The notes beneath the pieces were generated by a model that saw only the letters and a list, made by a program, of their open reading frames with translations, did no database searches and had not been told where the DNA came from. A DNA stretch of 62,284 bases, taken from Vicinamibacterales bacterium (lineage in GTDB: Bacteria > Acidobacteriota > Vicinamibacteria > Vicinamibacterales > CAVVIG01). Shown here one piece after another: positions 26,050 to 34,622 of this stretch. The stretch spans positions 1-62,284 of the forward strand of contig DAIUKO010000006.1 in assembly GCA_036848175.1 (NCBI GenBank). Direction: 5' to 3'. Position numbers and translations under genes: made by a program. Within the stretch, counting starts at the first letter, position 1; every line of letters starts with the position of its first letter.

Positions 26050-27983
26050 AACTGGAAACTGTGGCCGCCCGATCCGTCGATCTGCGCCGTGAGCAATCGG
26101 CGGAAGTAGTCGTTGTCGAAGAAGCCGTCCTTCTTCAGCTCCGACCGATCGAAGGCCGCGAGACTTCGCCGCCCGAAGTCGCCTTCGCGGAACCAGTCTT
26201 CCATCGGCGCGCCGAAGCCCTGTTTGCGGCGGTAGATCATGTCGTGATCGAGATACGGCTCCGCCGCTTTCTTGAGCAGTCGCTTGCCGACGCCGTCGCG
26301 CAGTTTGTAGGAGGGCGGCAGCCGCATCGCGAAGTCGACCACGTCGTGATCGAGAAACGGCACACGCGCCTCGACGGCGTGGGCCATCGTCAATTTGTCG
26401 ACCCGCATCAGCAGATGCTCGGGCAGACGAAGCTTCATCTCGAGATAGGGAATCTTGTACAGGACCTCGGGTTCACAGACGCGCCCGTCCAGCGGCGCGA
26501 CGTAGTGGCGAACGACGTCGTGGCTGTCGAGCGTCGTCAATGACTCAGGCAGCAAGTCCGCGACCGGACAGCTGATCGACTGGACGAATGGATCGCGCCT
26601 CGGCGTGAGGCGTGCGCGCGCCTCTCCCCACCAGCAGACGGCGCCGCCCCAGAACATCTCGCGTCCTGCTTCGCCGCGGCGCCGGATTTCGAGATCCTCG
26701 CCGCTGAAGCCGGGCGTGCGCGCCTTCACGGCCGGCATCCAGCGACGCCAGCCGTTGGCGCCGTTGCGGGCGGGGCGGTACACCGACTCGTATTTCTGAC
26801 GGTAGTGTTCGCACCACCAGTAGCCGAGGAAATTCTCGTCGGCGCCTTCGCCCACCTGCACCACCGTCGTCCCGCGTTCTTTCACCAGACGGGCGAGGAA
26901 GTAGAGCGGGATGCACACGTTGTCGGCGATCGGCTCGTCCTGCAGCCGGACGAGCAGCGGCAGGAAGTTCTGCGCCTCTTCGCCGTTGATGAACGTCTCG
27001 TGGTGATCGGTGCGATAGCGCTCGCTCACCCGGCGGGCGAACTGAAACTCGTTGTAGTCCTCTTTGCCTTCGTAGCCGATCGTGAACGTCGTCACCGGAC
27101 GCGTCATCAGTTCGCTCATCAGCGCGACGTTCAACGACGAATCGACGCCGCCCGACAGCAGCACGCCGAACGGCACGTCGGACACCATGCGTCTCGCAAT
27201 CGACTGCTTGAGGAGGCGCGTCACCTCGCCGACGGCCTCGGACTCGCTGAGGTCGCGCTCGGAGAGGAACCGCGATCGATCGGGCTGGCAGTCCCACCAC
27301 TGGGTCGTGCGCGCCTCGCCGCGCCCGTCGATCGTGATGCGGTGCCCCGCCGGAATCTTGAAGATGCCGCGGAACATCGTCAGCGGCGCCGGGGCGACGA
27401 TGAAGGTCAGGTAGTGCCAGAACGCGGTGCGATCCATCTCCGGCGACACGTCCGGATGCGCGAGCAGCGCGCGAATCTCCGACGCGAACAGCCACTCACC
27501 CGACGCCGTCCTGGTGACGTAGAGCGGCTTGATGCCGACGCGATCGCGCACGAGGTGGACGACCGGACGGTCGCGGTCGCGGCAGTCGTAGAGCGCGAAC
27601 GCGAACATCCCGTAAAGCTTGTGCAGGCAGTCGAGCCCCCACTCTTCGTACGCGTGCAGGAGCATCTCGGTGTCGGAGTGGTCGGTGCGCCAGCGGTACT
27701 TGCCGAGCGCTTCGAGCTCTTTGCGGATCTCGGCGTGGTTGTAGATCTCGCCGTTGAACACCAGCGACACGGTCTCGTCGTCGTTGCTCATCGGCTGCGA
27801 CGCGTTGGTCGAGACGTCGATGATCGACAGCCGGCGATGACCGAGCGTGCAGCGGCGATCGCGCGCGCACCAGATGCCGACGCCGTCCGGGCCGCGATGG
27901 GCCATCCGATCGCGCATCTGCACTACCACATCCGGTCCGCCGCTGGCGCCGCCCGGCTTGAACGCTCCGACAATGCCGCACAT
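25983..27983 (-). CDS. asparagine synthase-family glutamine amidotransferase (AsnB-like, copy 1)
   Basis: 666-aa ORF with an MCGIVG Ntn-amidotransferase start and PP-loop LLSGGVDSS. Confidence 0.9.
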   Translation of the reverse strand: MCGIVGAFKPGGASGGPDVVVQMRDRMAHRGPDGVGIWCARDRRCTLGHRRLSIIDVSTNASQPMSNDDETVSLVFNGEIYNHAEIRKELEALGKYRWRTDHSDTEMLLHAYEEWGLDCLHKLYGMFAFALYDCRDRDRPVVHLVRDRVGIKPLYVTRTASGEWLFASEIRALLAHPDVSPEMDRTAFWHYLTFIVAPAPLTMFRGIFKIPAGHRITIDGRGEARTTQWWDCQPDRSRFLSERDLSESEAVGEVTRLLKQSIARRMVSDVPFGVLLSGGVDSSLNVALMSELMTRPVTTFTIGYEGKEDYNEFQFARRVSERYRTDHHETFINGEEAQNFLPLLVRLQDEPIADNVCIPLYFLARLVKERGTTVVQVGEGADENFLGYWWCEHYRQKYESVYRPARNGANGWRRWMPAVKARTPGFSGEDLEIRRRGEAGREMFWGGAVCWWGEARARLTPRRDPFVQSISCPVADLLPESLTTLDSHDVVRHYVAPLDGRVCEPEVLYKIPYLEMKLRLPEHLLMRVDKLTMAHAVEARVPFLDHDVVDFAMRLPPSYKLRDGVGKRLLKKAAEPYLDHDMIYRRKQGFGAPMEDWFREGDFGRRSLAAFDRSELKKDGFFDNDYFRRLLTAQIDGSGGHSFQLWTVLNAVLWHASWLEGREDCF

Positions 27984-28007
27984 ATATGGATCCTGAGAAC
28001 GGAGTCG

Positions 28008-28035
28008 CGGCGCGGGGCTTTCAGGCCCCGCGTCG
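28008..28035. promoter_or_regulatory. GC-rich hairpin in the 78-nt spacer upstream of asnB-like copy 1
   Basis: cgcggggc (28011-18) pairs with gccccgcg (28025-32), loop tttcag, plus 2 more flanking pairs. An alternative pairing is ctttcagg (28018-25) with cctgaaag (28041-48). Confidence 0.5.
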
Positions 28036-28061
28036 GCGACCCTGAAAGGGCCGCCCCACAG

Positions 28062-29285
28062 TTACCGTGACGGCCGGATCATCCGGATAATCCAGCGCTG
28101 CCAGCCGCTGCGCATCCAGTCCTGCTCGCGCCGCAGCTCGTCGATGGTGTCGTCGCGGCGCTGCACCTCGCGCACCATGCGATCGTGGATTTCGCGGATG
28201 ATGTCGTCGCGGCGGTTGACTTCCTGCTGGACCGCCGCCCGTTCGAGGTCGCGCCTGTTGATCTCGTCCTGCATCTTGACGAGCTGCAGTTCGCGATCGA
28301 CGTCGACGCCCGCCGGCTGAGTGGTCATCACCTCCGGCAGCGATCGCCGCCACGATTGCTCCGGATCTTCGATCAGCGTGCGCCAGTTGGCCGCATCGCC
28401 GCTGTCGGCCGGCGCGGCGCCGGCGGCGGGTTTGACCGACAACGTCATCAAGTACTCGCGCATCGTCGGATCCCGAACCATGTTCCAGTGGTTGTGGACG
28501 TCGCGGGACGAGAGCGTGCCGAGCGCGTACGAGCTGTAGTTGAACGCCTCGACTGAAATCTGCCGGTGGCCGATCCGGTGCAGCATCCACACCAGCTCGG
28601 GGATCGTGTACTCGCGGTGATGTCCTTCGAACGGCAGCTCCGTCTCGTATTGCGCGTCGATGCCGGCGAGCACCGTCTCGCCGCGCGCGAACTTCTGGCG
28701 GTTGTAGAGGTGGACGAGGTTCGGCGTGTCGAGGACGAGGACGCCGCCGCCGGCGAGCACGCGATTGAGCGTCTCGAGCAGCGGCCGCGGCGAGCTCGGG
28801 ATGTGCTCGATGACGCCCATGCACAAGACGACGTCGTACGCGCCGCCGACGCTGGCGAGCTCGTATCCGACATCGCCGAAATCGAGCACGCGAACGCCGG
28901 CGTGCGCCAACAGTGGTGTGACGCGATCGAATGCCGGCTGATAGGTGCGATACGAATCGACGGCGTCGACCGAGAACCCGGCGCGCGCGAACATCAACGC
29001 GAAGTTGCCGAAATACGATCCGTAGTCGAGCATCCGCCCGGACGTGATCCCGCGTCGCCGCAGCGCGGCCGCCGCGTGGACCATGCGCGCGATGCTGCAG
29101 CGGAGATAGGCCGGCCAGTCGAAGCCGGCGAGCGCCGGCGACCGCCGCGCGAGCGGGCTGAAGTCAACGCCGGCGATCGCCGCCGCGATCGAGTCGAACG
29201 CCGACCGCGCGCCCGGCAGATCGTCCGGAAAATCCGCCTCGAGGCATTCCGGAAAGTTCAAGGCGAGCCGTTCCTGAACTTCCAT
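28062..29285 (-). CDS. SAM-dependent methyltransferase with C-terminal coiled coil and amphipathic tail (WbdD-like architecture)
   Basis: ORF 28062..30041 trimmed to ATG 29285 (MEVQERL...). MLDYGSYFGNF, VVLCMGVIEHI, GGVLVLDTPN. The last ~90 aa are a charged heptad-like stretch (…QDEINRRDLERAAVQQEVNRRDDIIREIHDRMVREVQRRDDTIDELRREQ) ending WMRSGWQRWIIRMI. Confidence 0.8.
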   Translation of the reverse strand: MEVQERLALNFPECLEADFPDDLPGARSAFDSIAAAIAGVDFSPLARRSPALAGFDWPAYLRCSIARMVHAAAALRRRGITSGRMLDYGSYFGNFALMFARAGFSVDAVDSYRTYQPAFDRVTPLLAHAGVRVLDFGDVGYELASVGGAYDVVLCMGVIEHIPSSPRPLLETLNRVLAGGGVLVLDTPNLVHLYNRQKFARGETVLAGIDAQYETELPFEGHHREYTIPELVWMLHRIGHRQISVEAFNYSSYALGTLSSRDVHNHWNMVRDPTMREYLMTLSVKPAAGAAPADSGDAANWRTLIEDPEQSWRRSLPEVMTTQPAGVDVDRELQLVKMQDEINRRDLERAAVQQEVNRRDDIIREIHDRMVREVQRRDDTIDELRREQDWMRSGWQRWIIRMIRPSR

Positions 29286-31105
29286 CACTCGAGACTCCAC
29301 ACCCCTTCGAGCACGTGTCGTGTGCCGCTGCCGATCAGACCGGACCCGACGACCGACACGTCGAACAGACGCGACACGCAGGAATACACCGACGGGTTGA
29401 TCGAGTAGAACACCACTTGCTCGGTGTCGTAATAGCCTTCCCTGGCGATCATCACGGTCACCGAGTACGACCCGTTGGTCAGCGTCAACTGCGGAATCGT
29501 CAGCCGCACGGTGCCGCGCTGCCGCCTCGATGCATCGAACAGCAGGTCGCGCGTGATGTAGCGGCACACGTCCTCGATGCCGTCCTTGTGCAGCGCGATG
29601 ACCACCTGACACCGCTCGCGCAAATCGGGTTGAAAGATCGCGTAATCGATGTCGAGCCGCGCCCGCTCGCCGTGCTCGAGGATGTGCAGTTCGCCGCCGT
29701 CGGCGGACACGAACCTCGCGCCGGTGACGACGACGGCGCCGGTGCCGTGGACGCCGGAGACGTTCAGCGTGCGCATGGCCGCCTCGCTGCCGCTCGATGA
29801 CGCCATGGCACGATGCGTCGTCCAGTCCGCGGCGGTATCGGCGATGCGGCCGAGCGAGAGCTCGCTGCCGCGGACGTAGAGGCGAACGCTCACATCGCAC
29901 CGCTCGGGCGACGCGTAGTCGATTGAACACGCGAGCGGCTCGTCCGAGTCGAGCAGATCGGCCGGCACGGCGAACACGCCGGCGACCTTGTGGAACGGGC
30001 TGCCGTAGTTCAGCATCGGCCAGCAGACCCGCCCCTGCCACGTCGTCAGATCACCCCAGCTGGTGCCTTCGCGCTCGAGATGCGTGCCGCGATCCGGGTT
30101 GAATGCATCGGGATCGAGCGGCCACGCGGCCACGCGCTCGCCGCCCACGAGCAGAGACACGTCGCTGAGGTAGATCAGCCCGGGCTGCGGCCGGCCATCG
30201 GCGCTCGCGATTTCGAGGACGATGTGATCGACCGTGCGCGCTTTCGGATTCGCGGCAGCGAGCTCCTCCAGCTTCTGCTGTTTTTTCAGCCGCAGGCGAT
30301 GTTCTTCCTGGCGGCGGATGGAGTCCTCGTACGCCTTGACGACGGTCGGTCCGTCGCCGTCCATCAGCACGCGGCCGCGATCGAACCAGATGACGCGGTC
30401 GCACATGCGCACCGCCGAATACACGTCGTGCGTCACCAGCAGCAGCGTCGCGTCGTGCCGTTCGCACAGATCGCGCATGCGGTCGTAGCTTTTCTGCGCG
30501 AAGTAGGCGTCGCCGACGCCGAGCACTTCGTCGAGGACGAGCAGGTCGGGCGAGATTGCCGTCGACGCGGAGAACATCAGCCGCATCGCCATCCCCGTCG
30601 AGTAGGTCTTCACCGGCTGGTCGATGTACTCCTCGAGTTCGGCAAAGGCGATGGCGTCGGCACAGCGCCGCTCGGCGTCGCGGCCGGTCACACCAAGCTG
30701 CGCGAGGTACGCCTCGACGTTCTGCCGGCCGGTGAAATCGGGATGGAAACCGGTGCCGATCTGCAGGAGCGCGTGCACGTCGCCCTTCACCTCGAGCGTG
30801 CCCGACGTCGGTTCGATCACCCTGGTGACGAGCTTGAGGAACGTGCTCTTGCCGGCGCCGTTGCGGCCGATCACCGCAATCTTCTCGCGGCGGCGGATCT
30901 CGAGCGTGATGCCGTCGAGCGCCGCGTGCTCCGTGTACGCGCCCGGCCGGTCGCCGAGCATCCCGAACATGTCGAGAAATCGATACGACGGCTTCGCGTA
31001 GAGCCGGTAGACCTTCTTCAAGTCCGTCGCCCGGATCACGACCTCGCCGACGTCAGCGGCATCGACGCGACTGACCACCGCCGCGGCGTTGACGGCCTCG
31101 CTCAT
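29285..31105 (-). CDS. Wzt-like ABC transporter ATP-binding protein with ~340-aa C-terminal extension (no adjacent permease)
   Basis: ORF 29285..31936 trimmed to ATG 31105 (MSEAVNAAA...; ATGA). Walker A GRNGAGKST, signature YSTGM, Walker B LLVLDE. These are followed by a short coiled coil and two beta-rich modules. Confidence 0.85.
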   Translation of the reverse strand: MSEAVNAAAVVSRVDAADVGEVVIRATDLKKVYRLYAKPSYRFLDMFGMLGDRPGAYTEHAALDGITLEIRRREKIAVIGRNGAGKSTFLKLVTRVIEPTSGTLEVKGDVHALLQIGTGFHPDFTGRQNVEAYLAQLGVTGRDAERRCADAIAFAELEEYIDQPVKTYSTGMAMRLMFSASTAISPDLLVLDEVLGVGDAYFAQKSYDRMRDLCERHDATLLLVTHDVYSAVRMCDRVIWFDRGRVLMDGDGPTVVKAYEDSIRRQEEHRLRLKKQQKLEELAAANPKARTVDHIVLEIASADGRPQPGLIYLSDVSLLVGGERVAAWPLDPDAFNPDRGTHLEREGTSWGDLTTWQGRVCWPMLNYGSPFHKVAGVFAVPADLLDSDEPLACSIDYASPERCDVSVRLYVRGSELSLGRIADTAADWTTHRAMASSSGSEAAMRTLNVSGVHGTGAVVVTGARFVSADGGELHILEHGERARLDIDYAIFQPDLRERCQVVIALHKDGIEDVCRYITRDLLFDASRRQRGTVRLTIPQLTLTNGSYSVTVMIAREGYYDTEQVVFYSINPSVYSCVSRLFDVSVVGSGLIGSGTRHVLEGVWSLE

Positions 31106-32241
31106 CGCCTTCCTGCCGCAGCGCGCGACCGTTCGACAATGCCGCGAAGCGTGGCGGCGAGCGTCGGCGCGTGCACACGCAGCGAATAGCGCTCGTCGAT
31201 CGTCCGGCGGCCCGCCTCGCCCATCCGGAGGCGCAACTCGCGATCGGTGAGCAGCCGTTCGAGCTTCCCCACCCATTCGTCTTCGCTGGAGGCGAGAAAT
31301 CCGTTGACGCCTTCGGCGATGATCTCGCGATTGACGCCAATCGCCGACGCCACGACCGGCACGCCGCACGCCATGAATTCGATGGCCTTGAACCCGCACT
31401 TCCCTTTCGACCACTCGTCGTCGGCGAGCGGGTAGACGCCGATGTCGCAGGTGTTGAACAGCTCGACCTCGCGATCGAGCTTCCACGGCGGCTGATCGGT
31501 GGTGAGGCCGGGAATGGTCAGCGGTTCGTTCGGGCCGCTGACGCGCAGGATGAATCGATGCCGCTCGGCGACGCGCTGCAGCACTCCGGTCAGGCCCTGC
31601 ACGTACGATGCGGTCGTCGGACTGCCGATCCAGCCGACAATCAGGTCGCGATCGCCGCTCGATCCGTTCGCCGAGAACGCGTCGGGGCGCGGCACGAACC
31701 TCGTCGTGTCGACGCAGGTCGGGATGACGGTGACCGCGTCGTTGAAGCGGCGCGCGTAGGCCGCCAGGTACTCGTTGCCGGCGATGATGTGATCGCTGTG
31801 GCGGATGGTCGTAGCGACCTTGCCCGGCGATTTGAGCGGCAGGATCGGACGATTCGCGTCGCTGACGCTCGGCAGAAAAATCGCGTCGTCGAAATCGAAG
31901 ACGACCGGCGGCGTTTCGCGGCGGCCGAGCAGCCACTCGACCAGCGCCGGTCCGATCGGAAAAATCTCGCGATAGATGAGAATGGCGTCGAAACTGGCGG
32001 CATCGTGCAGCGCGCTCAGATGCCGCAGCGACAGCGAGGCGAACGTCGAGGCCTTGCGGATGTATTGACCCGGCTTGTAGACGAGATGGAAGAAGTCGGC
32101 GTCGAACAGCGATCGCAGCGTCACGTCGATGCCCACCGAGCGCAGGTACGGAATGTACTGCGCGATGCGGAACCGGCAGCCCGCACCTTCCTCAGGGATG
32201 GGCGACAGCGCCAGGACGCGAAGGCGATCGTTCACGTTCAT
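31102..32241 (-). CDS. GT4 (GT-B fold) glycosyltransferase
   Basis: ORF 31102..32292 trimmed to ATG 32241 (MNVNDRLRVLAL...; ATGA). KCGFKAIEFMACGVPVVAS. Confidence 0.85.
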   Translation of the reverse strand: MNVNDRLRVLALSPIPEEGAGCRFRIAQYIPYLRSVGIDVTLRSLFDADFFHLVYKPGQYIRKASTFASLSLRHLSALHDAASFDAILIYREIFPIGPALVEWLLGRRETPPVVFDFDDAIFLPSVSDANRPILPLKSPGKVATTIRHSDHIIAGNEYLAAYARRFNDAVTVIPTCVDTTRFVPRPDAFSANGSSGDRDLIVGWIGSPTTASYVQGLTGVLQRVAERHRFILRVSGPNEPLTIPGLTTDQPPWKLDREVELFNTCDIGVYPLADDEWSKGKCGFKAIEFMACGVPVVASAIGVNREIIAEGVNGFLASSEDEWVGKLERLLTDRELRLRMGEAGRRTIDERYSLRVHAPTLAATLRGIVERSRAAAGRR

Positions 32242-32456
32242 TCGATCGAAACAGCGCGGCGGAGCAGCGAGCGGCAGACGGAGTCGAGCCACGCGGCGTG
32301 AAGCCTCGCGGCCAACGATTCACCGGTTGAGACGATCCAGCTTCCGCGCAGCAGGGCTTCGATGTCGCGGTCCGAGGCCGCCACGTCGGTCCGAGGCTCG
32401 AAGATCGATTCGCACGCCCGTCCGGCCACCGACCACCATTCGGAAAGGTGCTTCAT
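32238..32456 (-). CDS. small hypothetical protein (72 aa)
   Basis: Internal ATG 32456 of ORF 32238..32609 (MKHLSEWWSV...). It lies 4 nt after the upstream stop and is ATGA-coupled to the next gene. Support is positional and compositional only. Confidence 0.45.
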   Translation of the reverse strand: MKHLSEWWSVAGRACESIFEPRTDVAASDRDIEALLRGSWIVSTGESLAARLHAAWLDSVCRSLLRRAVSIE

Positions 32457-32460
32457 CGGA

Positions 32461-33243
32461 TCATCGACTCTCTGTCGCAGCCGGTTTCGGCGCATGCGCC
32501 GTCGCGATTTGAAAGAACACCGGACCGCCGCTCGTCGGTAGGGTGAGCAGTACCCCGGGTGCGATGGCGACCGGCTGGTCCGGACCCGGGAACATGCAGC
32601 GCGGCGCACCGTCGACGATTCGGATCGAGGAACATCGAATGCGCAGCGTCGCCGAAAGATCCTGCTGACGAAGCGGAACGACGACGGTGCCCTCTCCGAC
32701 GCGCACGCCCAGCTCGCCCGGCACGTGCGGACCCACGGCGACGACTTCCGCGATGTGCGGCGCAGCCGGCGGGAACTTGTCGCCCACCTTCAGTTGCAGC
32801 GTCGAGCCCTCAGGCGGCGACTTGAGCGTGCCGGTCACCTCGAGCTCGACGTCAGTTGACGTCGGCGACACGGTCAAGGCCTTCGGCAGGCGCGCGATCT
32901 CCTGCATGTAGTCGTAGAGGACGACGTCGTACACGCCGGGCTTCAGATCGGGGACGTCGACGATCGCGTATTTCGTGCTGCCGAGCAGAAACGAGTTGGC
33001 CGGGATCGTGTTGAACGACACGCGCATGAACGGCCGGAAATTCGTGCCGTCGATCTCGAGCCGCTGGTTTGGTCCCTGGACGAGCGTCTTCGGCACGATG
33101 TTGACGAGCGTCGGCGTCGGCGGGCGGAACACCAGGTAGAGACCGATCGCGAATGGAATCAACCCGAGAAGCACGATCGCCGCCGCGACGTCGACGACGT
33201 TGAGGCGGCCCGCGACGCGGCCACGTTCGTCGAGCAGTGTCAC
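32461..33243 (-). CDS. single-pass membrane protein, DUF4330-like N-terminus + IPT/TIG-like beta domains
   Basis: ORF 32461..33294 trimmed to GTG 33243 (VTLLDERGRVAGRLNVVDVAAAIVLLGL...; GTGA). The DUF4330 resemblance is from memory. Confidence 0.65.
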   Translation of the reverse strand: MTLLDERGRVAGRLNVVDVAAAIVLLGLIPFAIGLYLVFRPPTPTLVNIVPKTLVQGPNQRLEIDGTNFRPFMRVSFNTIPANSFLLGSTKYAIVDVPDLKPGVYDVVLYDYMQEIARLPKALTVSPTSTDVELEVTGTLKSPPEGSTLQLKVGDKFPPAAPHIAEVVAVGPHVPGELGVRVGEGTVVVPLRQQDLSATLRIRCSSIRIVDGAPRCMFPGPDQPVAIAPGVLLTLPTSGGPVFFQIATAHAPKPAATESR

Positions 33244-34622
33244 GCCGGCCTCATGCGAAGACCGGGTGGAAACTCGTTCGGAGGCGTCGACCACCGTCGA
33301 TGAAGCGCGCCGAGCAGTTCACAGGCGCCGACTCCGCTCAGCCACACGAGGTACGGCAGCGCGAGCGAGCGGTGGCGGACGAGCGTGCCGACGTTGCCAT
33401 CGGTGAACGCGGCGGCCGCCGCGATCAGCACCGTACTCGTCACGAGCAACCCGGTCATCGCCGCGTCGCGCCGCAATCCGGATCGCGTGCCGACGACCGC
33501 GAGGATGACCAGGACGTACCAGACGATCTGTTCAGGAATATACGCGGCGGCGGCTGGCGATGGAGAATCCCACGGCCGCGGCACCGTCAGGAACGCCGCG
33601 GCACCGCGCCCGAGAAAACGCATCGTCTCCTTGAATTCGAGGCTGGAGACCTGATTGATGTCGGGATAGAACCGGTCGTCGAGCAGGCGATACCGGTAGC
33701 CGCTCGAGACGACGACCGCTCCCCAGTGCTGGCGGGCCGCGCGTTGGACGGCGACGTAGAGCCGCAGTTGAACCGCCGGGATGCGCACGAGCGCGCCGAA
33801 CAGAATCGGAGCGGCGACGAGCGTCGCGATCATCAGCCGACGTCGCGACGCGAGCAAGCCGGTCACCAGGCCGCCAGCCGCGGCCAACGCCAGAAACGAT
33901 GCGCCGCCGGCGCGAATCGTCTGCAGGATCGCCGCGACTCCGACGAGCGCGATCGCGATGGACGCGCGCCGCAGTAATGAGTCGGCGCGTGCCAGCCCGG
34001 AGGCGAGCACAATGCCGAGCGCGCTGACGAACACGAACAGCGGCTCCTTCAGCACCGACACCGACCACGCGAAGAGACTCGGGAGATACAACAGGACCGC
34101 GAGACCGAAGAGCGCCGGCATGCGGCCGAGCGTGACGCGCACGGCTCGATACAACAGCAGCACAGCGGCGATGTAGAGCGCGATGCTGAGGAGATGCAGG
34201 CCGTACGGCGACGGCCCGACGATCATTTGGATGAAGGCGAGCAGGTCGACGAAGCTCGAGCTGGCGTTCGGCTCGAACGCGTACTCGATGTCGAAGTTGT
34301 ACATCGAGATGCCGAGCGTGACGTTGCGCAGCCACAGCGACCGCTTGATGTAGTACTCCTCGTCGGCGAAGAAGCGCCCGAACGCGACCTGATCGTGATT
34401 GGTGACGAGAAACAGCGCCGCGATGGCCAGCACGCGCAGGGCGATCGCCAAGACGACGAGCGTCGTCGCCCAGCGTCGCTCGTCGCCGTCCAGATCGCGC
34501 ATGCCGAGCCGCACGATCCCGACGATCGCCAACGCGAACAAGACCGTCAGCGGCGACAGCGCCCACGCGATGCCGATGGCCATCAGCGCGAGCGTGGCCA
34601 CAAGGATGGGTTTCGAGCTCAC
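33240..34622 (-). CDS. polytopic membrane protein (polymerase/GT-C-like, unassigned)
   Basis: 460-aa ORF with a GTG start (GTGA with the upstream stop). Many TM helices and a loop with FFADEEYYIKR. Confidence 0.7.
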   Translation of the reverse strand: MSSKPILVATLALMAIGIAWALSPLTVLFALAIVGIVRLGMRDLDGDERRWATTLVVLAIALRVLAIAALFLVTNHDQVAFGRFFADEEYYIKRSLWLRNVTLGISMYNFDIEYAFEPNASSSFVDLLAFIQMIVGPSPYGLHLLSIALYIAAVLLLYRAVRVTLGRMPALFGLAVLLYLPSLFAWSVSVLKEPLFVFVSALGIVLASGLARADSLLRRASIAIALVGVAAILQTIRAGGASFLALAAAGGLVTGLLASRRRLMIATLVAAPILFGALVRIPAVQLRLYVAVQRAARQHWGAVVVSSGYRYRLLDDRFYPDINQVSSLEFKETMRFLGRGAAAFLTVPRPWDSPSPAAAAYIPEQIVWYVLVILAVVGTRSGLRRDAAMTGLLVTSTVLIAAAAAFTDGNVGTLVRHRSLALPYLVWLSGVGACELLGALHRRWSTPPNEFPPGLRMRPA

